Origin: Antechinus flavipes
Lineage: Eukaryota
NCBI RefSeq assembly: GCF_016432865.1
Contig: NC_067398.1
Span: 726,206,001-726,270,000, forward strand
Direction: 5' to 3'
DNA: 64,000 nucleotides
The position numbers and the translations under genes are program-made. This document shows positions 49,965 to 61,660 of this stretch, in pieces (positions within the stretch are counted from its first letter, which is position 1; every line of letters begins with the position of its first letter). The notes beneath the pieces are model-generated. The model was not told where the DNA came from and did not search any database. It saw only the letters and a program-made list of their open reading frames with translations.

Positions 49965-50432
49965 TTCCCTGCCCCCTCCCATCTCCCCTTCCTCCTTCTC
50001 CTTTCCTTCCCCTTCCTCTATCTTTTCCTCCTCCTCCCTTTCCTCTTCCCTCTCCTCCTTTCCTTCCTCCTCTTTTCCCCTCCTCCTCCTTTCGTTCTTC
50101 TTCATTTTCCCCTTTCCTTCTTTTCCTCTTCCTCCTTTTCCCTTTCCCTTTCTTCACCTTTTCTTCTTCCCTCTTCTCCTTCCCTTCCTTTTTTTCCTCC
50201 CCCTCCTCTTTTTCTTCTTCTCTTTCCTCTCCTCTTCCTTTTCTTTTCCTCCTCTTCCTTCTCCTTTTTTTCCTCCTCCCTTTGCTTTTTTCCTCTCCTT
50301 CCTCCCTTTCCTTCCCTCCTCCTATTTCTTCTCCTTTTTCCCCTCCCCTTCCTCCTTTTCCCCTTTCTCCCCTTCCTCCTTTTTCTTTTCTTCCTTTCCT
50401 CCTCCTTTTTCTCCTCCCCTCCCTCCTCCTCC
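49965..50432. repeat. About 470-bp homopyrimidine/homopurine low-complexity tract upstream of BCR
   Basis: The plus strand is almost exclusively C and T. Confidence 0.95.
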
Positions 50433-51639
50433 TCTGAGGACCATTTCTTTTGTCCTGGAGGGCCATGGTGACTCCTCAGGAAGGGGGGGAGAGGTAGGAA
50501 GCCCGACCCCCCAAGGGCAGAGGAGTAAAAGAGGCTCTGGGGCAGGTTTCCTGGGGGGGGGGGTCTGGGAACCTGCATCCACAGCCACAGACCTTGTTCA
50601 TCCCGCTCCCCTTCCCCCCCTTCCCCCTGCCCCCCCCCAGGACCTAGAACAGGAGGTGGAAGGTGCTGGCGCAGATTTTGGCTCCATGTATGGAAAAACC
50701 GAATCCTGATGTGAATAAGCGAAGGCGGTGAGTTCATCGATGTGGAAAACTCCCCCGGCTTCCTCCCCCACCCAGCCCGGGAAGTTGGAGGTAGGTGAGC
50801 CCAGGGGAGATGCTCAGGCCCCAGGGCTGGGGGCAGGGCAGCCCGGGAGCACGAGGAGCAGGGGTTTCTGGGACAGGTGCCCACCGGGCCTGACCACAGG
50901 ACTTTGAAGCGTCATGCCATGGCTCAGCTAATTGCTTCTGGCTTCCCGACAGCCCCAGGAACCTGCCGGCTGGTCTGCGCGGCCCATCCCGGGGGCCTCC
51001 CGGGCCCAACTGGGCTGCGCCAGGGCCGGGGAGTCGGGCAGAAAGCTCCCCGGGGACGCCCTGCTTCTTGCGCCCCCCTCCCCCCATGTCCCCTTCGAGC
51101 TGGCGTGGTTGCAAACAGGAGCCCTGCAAGGGCCCAGCTCCCGCTGACCCCCCAGTCCTGGAGCTCCCTGGCTGGGATCCTCGCTCCCAGGCTGCTGCAC
51201 CCCACCCCACCCCCACCCCCGGGGCACCTCCATTTCCCTGGGGGTCCTTCCTGATGGTGAGCAGCTAGGTAGCACACTGAGTAGCTGTGCGACGCCGGAC
51301 AAGTCACCTCACGCTTTTTGACTCAGTTTCCTCATCTGTGAAATGAGCAGAAAAAGGCAAAGGCCGAGACAACCCCCCAAACGTCCTGAAGCGACTGAAC
51401 GGTCCTGGGAGGAGCCCCTAGCGCAGATGGGGGGGGCCTAACCTTCATTAGCCTCAGATACAGGGGACGCCCGGGGCAGGCGAGGACAATGCCAGCGGCT
51501 TCTTTTCTAGGTCATCCAGATCCCGGCCGCTCCGAGCCCGTCCCAGCCCTTTTCCCAGAGGAAGGGTCTTCAGTCTGGGATCTTCAGGAGTCCCAGTCCC
51601 GCCTACTTCCCCCGGCCCAGCCTAAAGAGTGCACGCGCG

Positions 51640-51978
51640 CTGCCCCGGGGGGAGGGAGGAGGCGCTATCTGCACCGGGGAAGGGCCGGGACTGCCCGGGA
51701 GAGGCGGTGGCCGCGGCGGCCTCGGCTCCTTTAAGAGCCCCGCCCCACCGTGGCCTCGCCCCTTCCTGCGCTGGAGGCGGGCGGAGCCGAACCGGGCTGT
51801 GGAGGTTGGGGCCGGGACCGAGGCCGGGACCGGGAGAGGCTGAGAGGCCGGGCCGGGACCCAGACCCAGATCGGATCCAGAGCCGGACCCAGACCCGGAT
51901 CCAGACCCAGATCCAGAGAGATCCAGACACAAGCTGAGCGAGGGAGGAGGAGGAGGAGGAGGAGGAGGAGGAGGAGGA

Positions 51979-52009
<31 letters not shown>

Positions 52010-52449
52010 AAGCGGGAGGAGCCCCCTCCTCCCCGCCCCTCGCCAGACTCCCCCCCACCCTCAGCCTCCCTCCCCCACCGCAAGGTCCTCCTCTCTGCTC
52101 CGGCTGCTCCCGAGAAGCCCCTCCTCTCCAACCCCAGCCGGGCTCCTTTCCCAGCTCGCGCCTCCCCCTCCCCGCAGCCCCCTCCCCCCATCGGGAGGTC
52201 CCCCTCCCCGCCTCCCAGGCCGGGGGCATTGTTCCCCGGGAAGGTCCGGAGAGAGGCTGGCGGGCGGGGCCATGGGGGCCCGGCCCCCTCCGCCGCCCGG
52301 GCAGGGTCTGGGGGTCCCCCCCGGGGGCCTGTGAGCCGAGCCCGCCCAGCGCCCGGCCGCGCGGCCGCCCGGCTCCGTGCCCCGGCTCCCCTCCCCTCCC
52401 CCCAGGTGATCCGCCTCGGCCGGGGGGAGGCTCGGGGGCTCCCGCGGCC
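51640..52449 (+). promoter_or_regulatory. BCR: BCR CpG-island promoter and long 5' UTR with a TTTAA box and (GGA)13-(GCCGGA)4 repeats
   Basis: TTTAA at 51730-51734 flanked by GC boxes; GGA x13 at 51943-51981; GCCGGA x4 at 51982-52005. Confidence 0.7.
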
Positions 52450-53605
52450 ATGGTGGACCCCGTGGGCTTCGCCGAGGCGTGGCGGGCGCAGTTCCCGGCC
52501 TCGGAGCCTCCCCGCATGGAGCTGGGCTCGGTGAGCGCCATCGAGCAGGAGCTCCAGCGCTGCCAGGCGTCCATCCGGAGGCTGGAGCTGGAGGTCAACC
52601 AGGAGCGCTTCCGCATGATCTACCTGCAGACGCTGCTGGCCAAGGAGAGGAAGAGCTACGACCGGCGGCGCTGGGGCTGCCCCGGGGCCGAGCCCCCGGC
52701 CGAGCCCCCGGCCGCCGAGCGGGAGGGCCCCGGCAAGTCCCCGCGGACGCCTCCGGCCGCCGAGCGGGAGGGCCCCGGCAAGCCCCCGCGGACGCCCCCG
52801 GCCGCCGACGGCTCGCCCCGGGCGCGCGCCCGGGGCCAGCCGCCCAGCGTGGCCGCCCTGCGCTCCACCTTCGAGCGGGCCCGCGGCGGCCCCGGGCCCG
52901 GCGGCGGCGGCGACGACAAGCCCTTCTACGTGAACGTGGAGTACCACCAGGAGCGCGGGCTGGTGAAGGTCAACGACAAGGAGGTCTCGGAGCGCATCAG
53001 CTGCCTGGGCAGCCAGGCCATGCAGCAGGAGCGCCGCAAGGGCCAGCCACCTGCCGGGGCCCCCGCCGCGCGGCCCGCCTGCTGGGAGCCCGCCGCCGCC
53101 GGCGACTACGAGGACGCCGAGCTGAACCCGCGCTTCCTGCGGGACAACCTGCTGAGCGCGCGGCCCGCCGACTGCCAGCCCGGCCCCGGCGCCTGCGGCC
53201 CCGCGCCCGACGAGGCCCGGGGCCCCGCGGCCTGGCGCGAGCACAAGCCGCTGACCTGGCCGCGCCGCTCCTACTCCCCGCGCAGCTTCGAGGACATCGG
53301 CGGCGGCTACACCCCCGACTGCAGCTCCAACGAGAACCTCACGTCCAGCGAGGAGGACTTCTCCTCGGGCCCCAGCCCCACGGCCGGGGGCCACTCGGAG
53401 CGCCGCCAGAGCCGCTCGCCGTCGCAGACCTCCCAGCAGTCCCTGGACAGCAGCAGCCCCCCGACGCCCCAGGCCCAGAAGCGGCCCCGGCCGGGCCAGG
53501 TGGTGGTGGCCGAAGCCACCATCGTGGGCGTCCGGAGGACGGGCCAGATCTGGCCCGGGGACGATGGCGCGGCCGCCCGCGAGGGGGCTTTCCCCGGAGA
53601 GCCAG
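52450..53605 (+). CDS. BCR: Breakpoint cluster region protein, exon 1 (385 codons + 1 nt); later exons lie beyond the window
   Basis: MVDPVGFAEAWRAQFP..EPPRMEL.SV..IEQEL.RCQASIRRLE.EVNQERFRMIYLQTLLAKERKSYDR coiled coil; KPFYVNVE (Tyr177 GRB2 site); LTWPRRSYSPRSFED.GGGYTPDCSSNENLTSSEEDFSSG. Phase-1 donor GGAGAGCCAG|GTGGGC at 53605, equivalent to the human e1 end GGAGACGCAG. Confidence 0.97.
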
Positions 53606-55726
53606 GTGGGCACCGCGGCGCGGCGGGCGGGGACGGGGGCGGGGGGGAGGGAGGCGGTACGGGGGTGGGCGCGGGAGCCGGCTGCGTACTGCCGGGCGGG
53701 GTGGCGAGAGAGGGGGACGTCTGGGGGCCGGGGGCACAGGGGAGGCTGGAGGGCGAGGGGCGGGCCACGGGCACAGAGTGGGAGGCCCCGGAAGGGAGTC
53801 CCTGCTGGCTGTGGGTGTTGCCCGCCCCGGGGCAGGTGGGTGCTTGGGACAGTGGGTGAAAGAAGCCCCCCCCCCCCCCCCAGGCCGTCCTGCCTGTGGG
53901 CTTTGTAATCTCCCGGCGGCCCGGGGCTGGAAGCTCTTCTGCCCTCCGGGCGAGACCCGCCCCCGGCACCTTCTCCGCCCCGCCCCGCCCCCTTCCCCTT
54001 GGGATGGGCTGACGGCCCGGGCCTGGGGCCCCGGCCCCGCCCTCATTCGGGGCAGGGGGGAGCAGCCTCTTTGGGGAGATGCCGTGTGGGCTCCTGGCCC
54101 TCGGCGCACCCCCCCCCACACCCCCACCCCCCCCGCCGCCGCCTCTTTGTCCTTCGCCCTGCCGCCCCTCCCCCACCGCTTCCCCGCCCCCTCCGGGGAT
54201 CCTGTTTAACCCAGGTGGGGACGGGGCCTGAGGGGGGAGGGCTGAGAGTGAGCCCGGGGAGAGCAGAATGGGGGCCTGGGGCTGTGACCCCCGGGCCAGG
54301 GCCCTCTCCCCGCCCCCTGGATCGCAAAGGATGCTTTGGGGGGGGGACTGCTTCCGCCAAGGCCTGGGGGGCGGGGAGCGCCCCCACATCCTGCGGGCCT
54401 TATTTCTGAAGCGTGTTCGGGGAGGGGGCAGGCAGGGAGAGAGGGCCCTGGGGCCGCTTGGGGCAGGGAGGGTAGGGGGGCGGGCAGCCTGTGGGTGAGG
54501 GGGCAGCAGGAGGGCAGGGTTGCTCCGAAGGCTGGGGGGGGGGAGACCAATGTGGCAGGGGGCTGGAGGGGAGGGGGGAGGGCAGGCCTCCGGGTAAGGG
54601 TCATCAAAGCGAGCTGTCCCTGCTCCACTCTGGGATTGGCCTGGCTCTGCCTTCCCCTGCGGTTGGGGCTGCTGGGAAGGCGGGCAGCGCCCAGGGTCCA
54701 GCGGGATGGGCAGCCTGCTCCCTGGCTGGGGCTGCTGGGAAGGCGGGCAGGGCTGCGTTTGTTGACAGTGATGGTGAATGGCTGGCATTTGCTTAGAACC
54801 TTCAAGTTTGCCGGGCGCTTCTCGGGCCTCCCCTCATCTGATCTCACAACCTTGGGAAGGAGGGAGGTGCTGGGATTATCCCCATGTCAGAGGGGGAAAC
54901 CGAGGCAGGCAGGCCCCCCGCTAGCACCTGAGGCTGAGTTTGAACTCGGGGTTCTGGACTCCGCGCTCAGGCCTCTGTGCCCGGTGGGACCTCCCTTGCA
55001 CCTCCCTGGATTAGCCTTCCCCGCTCACCCACCCCAACCGTTGCCAAGGACGTTTTAGGACTTTGGGGGGGGTGGCCACGCGCTCCCCACGGGTGGGCTC
55101 AGCCAGGGAATCTGCACCTCCAGGGCTCGGTGGCTCACGGGCACGCCCCTCGGGGAGGGGTCCCAAGGTTTCTAGGGCCTGGGCTCAGTGTCGCCGTGGG
55201 GGGGTTCGCCATTGCCGGGCTGGCCGTCTGCCTTCCAGGGGTCCCTCGTGGGCCTGCGGCCTGTCGAAATTCCTCAGAAAGAGAAAGATGAAGTAAAGCG
55301 ACCCGGGGGTGAACCCCGATGGCGGGGGGGGGGCGACCGGTGCCCCCCCTGCCACGCCTGCCAGCGGGGCTCCGCAGAGGGTCTGTTGGGCTGAGCCGGC
55401 CTCGCCTCTTCCCTGACCTTGGCCCGGGTCCCGAGGAGCGGGGCAGACGTGGCCAGCTCGGGCCGGGAAAGGCTGGGGAGGGTCCCCTGCGCTGCCCCCG
55501 CGCCTCCGGGCCGTGCCTTCCAGGGGGTCGGGGGGGGGGGGGGCCTCCCGGGGCCAGAGGACGGAGCGGGACGACTGTGAGCAAAGCTGAGTCACCTGAG
55601 CCCCGGCTCCCCGCCCCGGCCCGTCATCCTTTGTCATCCTAGGGCAGGGATCTGCCAAGGGAGGTGGTGGGCGGCTCGCAGCAGGCAGGTGAGGCAGCGG
55701 GTGGGCAGGAAGGCAAGACAGGCAGC

Positions 55727-55915
55727 CTGGGGGCGAGGGGGCAGCAGGAGGGCAGGGAGGGGGGGCGGCCTGGGGGCGAGGGGGCAGCAGGAGGGCAGGG
55801 AGGGGGGGCGGCCTGGGGGCGAGGGGGCAGCAGGAGGGCAGGGAGGGGGGGCGGCCTGGGGGCGAGGGGGCAGCAGGAGGGCAGGGGGGGCGGGCGGCTT
55901 GGGGGCGAGGGGGCA
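55727..55915. repeat. About 43-bp G-rich repeat x4-5 (BCR intron 1)
   Basis: ctgggggcgagggggcagcaggagggcagggagggggggcggc units. Confidence 0.9.
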
Positions 55916-58217
55916 GCAAGTGGCAATGCAGATGGGCAGTAGGCAGTGGACGTTGCCCTCCCTGCTCCCCTTTGAGCTCTGTGGGCAGCCTCCGCTCTCT
56001 TTCTCTGGGCTCCTGACCTGGGTGGGACTGGGCCGGTGAGTGACCCCTTTGTGGAGGTGGCCCCGGCTCCCACCCCGTGCCCATAGCCGGGCAGGCCCCC
56101 AGCAGCCCCTTTTGCACCTTCTTGGGAAGATGCCCCTCCGGCCTCTCCTCCGCCGTCTCTGCCCGCCCTCTGCCCTCTCAGCCTTTGCCCGCGCCTTCTC
56201 GCCGGGGGCCTGCCCTCCTGGGGGCCGCGCCGCGCCTGCCGCCACCCCCCTCCGGCCGCCTCTGCTGCCTCGGTTCCCGGGACCCCCGTGCCCGCCTGCG
56301 GGCGCTCTTGTGCCCCTTCCGGCCCCAGCTTCCATGGCTCGGTGAGCCCCGCGCCTAGCACGGCGTTAGCTCGTCAGTGGGCGAGGGCCCGGGTTGGCGT
56401 CGACAGCCAGCGCCCCCTCACCCCGCTGGCCGAGCGGGCCGGCTCCCGTCTCTGTCTGGGTGCCCGCCCAGCCGGGTACCGGGCGCCTGGTCTGGGAGGG
56501 GAGGGGTCCCGGCGTCGGGCCCCTCCCCGAGCCTTTCCACGCTCCTCCCCACAGGCTGCCCAGGAGGGCGCCGTTCCCGGGGGCTACATTGTGCCAGTGA
56601 CTAAGAAATCGGGGCCTGCTCTGTGTGGGCCCGTCTGCTGCCCCCCAGCCCTGTGCCCCCCGCCTCTGAGCCAGCTCCCTCCCCCCTCGCCCTCTTCATG
56701 GGGACAGACATGGGGGGAGTGGCTGCCAGTGGGCACTTTATGAGGTGCCTACTGTGCGCCAGGGTGCAGGGGGGCGGGGCTCTCTGCTCCTGGGCGGAGT
56801 CTGTGTTTCTGAGGGAAACGCTCCGAGTCTGACGATCTCCCCAAAGCTCCCCTTGGCAACCATGGGGGGCGGGGAGCCGGGGGAGCCAGGGGAGGCAAGG
56901 GCTGAGGGAGGATGTTGGGCTGTTCTCCCAGGCCCTTCCCCTCCCCCCTCCCCCGCCCCAGACAGCTCTCCCGCTTTCTTCTTGCCCTCCCCCGCCCCGA
57001 GTGAGCATTTGGAGGCCGTGGGGGGTCCAGTCTGGGGGGGCTTCCCGGTTCTTTGGGCCTCAGGCCGGCCAGTGGGCGCGGACGGTGTGTGGTGGGCCCC
57101 CCTGCCAGGCTGCTTGGGACCTGCACCCCCAGGTGGGCCAGTCCCAAGCCCTGCTTTGCCTTCGTTACCCAGGAAGCAGAGGGACCCGCTCCCCCGGGCT
57201 CTCCGACACTGCTAGTTCTGGGGCTCTTCCCCTGCCCCAGTTCTGTGATGGTTCTAGGTCTGGGGTTCTCCTCCCCGGGGGCCCCACCTCTCCTGCCCTC
57301 TCTCGGGGGCTCTCGTAGGCTCCTGTCTCGGCAGTGGAGCCCCGGGCTCTGTGGCAGCCCCACCTTTCTCTTCTCGCGGTTCCGTCTCTCCCTGGAGGGC
57401 CCAGGAGCGCTCCAGAACTCGTCCCCCCGTTAGCTCCGATAGCGAGTGGTCCTGAGCCCCGGGATCTGGGGGCCCCCGACTCTCCGCTGGGGGCTCGGGG
57501 CCCGGCCTCGGGCGGTGCGGGCGTCGGTCTGGGTTTGGTCCTTCCCCGATTAGTGCGACGCCTGTCCTTCCCGCGCTTGTGGCCCCCGTGCTGGTTTAGT
57601 GGGGCCGTCAGTTTGTGGGAGCGCAGGTTCCCGAGGGGCCCCTGAGATGACTGGGGAGCACGTGCGTGTTTAGTCCGGGGCCCGAAACGCCGCCCGGACG
57701 TTGGTGGATCCTCCGGGGACACGGGGGCGGGGGCTCCCCGGGAAGGCTTCTGCGGCACCTCCAAGAACCCTGGGGGCAGACCGAGCACGTGCCCAGCCCC
57801 TGTGGGAGGAGCCCGGAGCCGCGCCCGAGGTAAGCAGAGGGTCTTCGCTCGAGGAAGGCGGTCTGCCTCCTCCCGGGCCCAGCAGGTCTCCCAGAGCTGC
57901 CCCACCGCCCACGGGCGGCAAGGACCCCGCGAAGAGCCAGCGGCCGCGTCACTGCGGGCAGACCAATGGCGGCCGGGCCCCCGGGGAGGGCCTGCCAGCC
58001 AGACAGCCGAGAGCAGCCCAGAAAGGGCCGTCTCTGGGGAAGGTTCTTGGTCTGTCCAGCGGGACAGTTACCGGGCTGGCCTGGGGGCAGAGGATGCCCC
58101 TGAGGGCTCCTGGGCTGGCAGGAAAAGGGCCCTGGACTCGCCCCATAGAGTGCTGTTGTCATCGCTATGTGACCCTGACCAAAGGGCAACGAGGCACTCT
58201 GTACGTGCTCCTTGCTG

Positions 58218-59582
58218 CCAGGTGCACAAGAAGTGCTCCACCAGTGCTCATTGGTGCTGGGTACAGGAAGTGCTCCATCAGTGCTCATTGGTGTCGAGTA
58301 CAGGAGGTGCTCCCATCAGTGCTCATCAGTGCCGGGTACACAGGAAGTGCTCCATCAGTGCTCATCGGTGCTGGGTACAGGAGGTGCTCCCATCAGTGCT
58401 CATCGGTTCCGGGTACACAGGAAGTGCTCCATCAGTGCTCATCGGTGCCAGGTACACAGGAAGTGCTCCATCAGTGCTCATCGGTGTCGAGTACACAGGA
58501 AGTGCTCCATCAGTGCTCATCGGTGCCGGGTACACAGGAAGTGCTCATCGGTGTCGAGTACACAGGAAGTGCTCCATCAGTGCTCATCGGTATCGAGTAC
58601 ACAGGACGTGCTCCACCAGTGCTCATCGGTGTCGAGTACAGGAGGTGCTCCATCAGTGCTCATCAGTGCCGGGTACACAGGAAGTGCTCCATCAGTGCTC
58701 ATCAGTGCTGGGTACACAGGAAGTGCTCCATCAGTGCTCATCGGTGCTGGGTACAGGAGGTGCTCCCATCAGTGCTCATCAGTGCCGGGTACACAGGAAG
58801 TGCTCCATCAGTGCTCATCAGTGCCGGGTACACAGGAAGTGCTCCATCAGTGCTCATCGGTGCCGGGTACACAGGAAGTGCTCCATCAGTGCTCATCAGT
58901 GCCGGGTACACAGGAAGTGTTCCATCAGTGCTCATCGGTGTCGAGTACACAGGAAGTGCTCCATCAGTGCTCATCAGTGCTCATCGGTGCCAGGTACACA
59001 GGAAGTGCTCCATCAGTGCTCATCGGTGCCGGGTACAGGAGGTGCTCCATCAGTGCTCATCGGTGCCAGGTACACAGGAAGTGCTCCATCAGTGCTCATC
59101 AGTGCCGGGTACACAGGAAGTGCTCCATCAGTGCTCATCGGTGCTGGGTACAGGAGGTGCTCCCATCAGTGCTCATCAGTGCCGGGTACACAGGAAGTGC
59201 TCCATCAGTGCTCATCAGTGCCGGGTACACAGGAAGTGCTCCATCAGTGCTCATCGGTGCTGGGTACAGGAGGTGCTCCCATCAGTGCTCATCAGTGCCG
59301 GGTACACAGGAAGTGCTCCATCAGTGCTCATCGGTGTTGAGTACACAGGAAGTGCTCCATCAGTGCTCATCGGTGCCGGGTACACAGGAAGTGCTCCATC
59401 AGTGCTCATCGGTGCTGGGTACAGGAGGTGCTCCCATCAGTGCTCATCAGTGCCGGGTACACAGGAAGTGCTCATTGGTGCCGGGTACACAGGAAGTGCT
59501 CCATCAGTGCTCATCGGTGCCGGGTACAGGAGGTGCTCCATCAGTGCTCATCGGTGCCGGGTACAGGAGGTGCTCCATCAGG
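58218..59582. repeat. 37-39-bp minisatellite, about 35 copies (BCR intron 1)
   Basis: Consensus ccatcagtgctcatcggtgccgggtacacaggaagtgct, with a variant unit gtacaggaggtgctcccatc. Confidence 0.97.
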
Positions 59583-60880
59583 GCTCGGCCCATTGTCTAG
59601 GCGCGAGGACCTAGAGATAGACACCTAACCCTGGCCCGGAGCTGAGATGCCAGGGTTTCCTCGGGCCCCATGGTGGCTGCAGGGCCCAGTGGGGGGGGGG
59701 TGAGGACGGGGTCCGGGGGCCAGGGAATGGAACCAATGCGCCCTGCCCCCCATGGCCTCCCCACCCGAGGTGGGCACCTTGGTTCAGAACGAGGCCTCCG
59801 GTCGGCGCAGAGATGCGGCTGAAGGGAGAACGGCCTGAGCCATCCGGGGCTCCAGCTGTGACGTCGGGGGCTCCTGTGCCCTCCGGGCGCCTATTCATTG
59901 GCCAGGATGGGGCCGGGGACGCCCCTGGAGACCGTGCTCCCCAGCACTGGCCGTCTCCCTCCCACCTCAGCCCTGGCCGCTGCCCCCGGGCGCCGGTCTG
60001 CTTCTGCACCTTGGGGCAGGCTCCCTTGGGGCCGAGCAGAGCTGCCCGACCCTCCCCACCCCGGGGCCTCCTCTCCGGCCGCCCCCCCCCAGGGCCTCCA
60101 GCTGGCCGCCCCCACTGCCTCGCCATCGTGTCCTGGCCCCTTGGGACGTCCGTCCTATGCACTGGGACCCCCGGGTTTTGCGTATCTGGAGCTCAGGATG
60201 AGCGGGGGCGGCGCCGGCGCCCGCGTCTCCCTGCCCACGGGCTCAGCCCCGCCCCGCCGCCCCACTGGGGCCTCCGGGCCCACCCTGACCGTTCTGGTCC
60301 CGTGGCAGCCTCCCTCTGCTGGCCCTGCGCCGCCGAGCCCGGGCTCTCCCAGGCCCCTCCAGGCCCCATCGACGGCCCGTCTGAGGGCAAGGCCCAAGAT
60401 TCTGGAAAGACCGGTCCTGAGGAATGCCTGTCGGTGAGCCCGGCTCGGGAGCCGCCCTGCGCCGATGGCTCCGGGCCCCTCCCCCCCCTCCCCCCGGGCA
60501 CCGGGCGGGCAGAGCCCGGCATTTCTTCTGTCCCTTCCTCCTGCAGAGGCGGCCCCGCATCCGGGGCTTTGTCCGAGCTGCTGTCCACACACATGGTGCC
60601 CGTCTGCCCTTCTGGTCATCCCTGGGCCCTCTCGGGCCTCCTTGCCTGTGGACGGAGAGGAAAGCTTTGCCCCCTTCTCTCCTTCTCCCTCTTTCTCCTT
60701 GTTCCTCTCTCCTTCCTCCCCCCCTCCTCCCTTCTCTGTTCTTCTCTTCTTTCCCCCCTCCCTCCCTTCCTTCTCCCTCTCCTCTCTTTCTCTCCCTCCC
60801 TCCTTTCCTTCCACCTCTTCTTCCTCCTCTGTCTCTCTGTCTCTGTCTCCGTCTCTGTCTCTCTGTCTCTGTCTCCGTCT

Positions 60881-61176
60881 NNNNNNNNNNNNNNNNNNNN
60901 NNNNNNNNNNNNNNNNNNNNNNNNNNNNNNNNNNNNNNNNNNNNNNNNNNNNNNNNNNNNNNNNNNNNNNNNNNNNNNNNNNNNNNNNNNNNNNNNNNNN
61001 NNNNNNNNNNNNNNNNNNNNNNNNNNNNNNNNNNNNNNNNNNNNNNNNNNNNNNNNNNNNNNNNNNNNNNNNNNNNNNNNNNNNNNNNNNNNNNNNNNNN
61101 NNNNNNNNNNNNNNNNNNNNNNNNNNNNNNNNNNNNNNNNNNNNNNNNNNNNNNNNNNNNNNNNNNNNNNNNNNNN
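60881..61176. other. Assembly gap (296 N) preceded by (TCTCTG)n / pyrimidine low complexity
   Basis: Run of N; simple repeat at about 60670-60880. Confidence 1.
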
Positions 61177-61499
61177 AGGGCTAGACTCCACTGTGGCGGG
61201 CGGGCCGCGACCATTGTTTTTCCCACGCTCTCCGCGCGTTTTCGTGGCCGGCCGTGGCTCGGAGCACTGTCCTCCCGCGGCGGGTCCGGATCCCACGCAG
61301 CCCACGTGTGCCCGCAGGCTGCTCCGCGCGGGCCCCTCGGCGATGAAGCCTGCGGGGGCCTGAGGGAGGTTTCAAGGGTCCGGAGGAGGGAAGAGCCGTG
61401 CTCAGCTTGGCCCAGAGACGGGATAATGAGCAGCTATGGGGGAGTTGGAGTGAGGCAGGTGGCGCTGGATAGCGGGAGTGACTCCTTCCTTGTGCGTGT

Positions 61500-61660
61500 T
61501 GTAAGGAAGGGGAAGGGGCTGCCTCAGCAGGTGGGGGCTTTCCTTCTTGGTCATCTTGGAGCAGTGGTGGCGTAACTACTGATAGGTCTGTTGTAGAAAG
61601 GATTTGAGATCGGGGTTGGGTTGGAGCAGAGGCCCCCGAAGGGCATTCAGAGTTGCCCGG
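61500..61660 (+). mobile_element. Possible CR1/L3 3'-end fragment
   Basis: gctgcctcag.aggtggg...ttccttct..g.tcatctt..agcag...tgttgtagaaaggattt...gggttgga resembles the CR1/L3 terminus. Confidence 0.4.

Noticed and set aside
49702-50884. Lys/Glu/Arg-rich and Phe/Ser/Pro-rich ORFs
   Set aside because: Translation of the polypurine/polypyrimidine tract.
51622-54209. 663-aa antisense ORF and 576-aa alternative-frame ORF over BCR exon 1
   Set aside because: Shadow ORFs of an extremely GC-rich coding exon; no independent motifs.
57701-59614. Three overlapping long plus-strand ORFs (637, 512 and 462 aa)
   Set aside because: They arise because the 37-39-bp repeat has no plus-strand stops; frames swap at unit-length variants; no domain; inside BCR intron 1.
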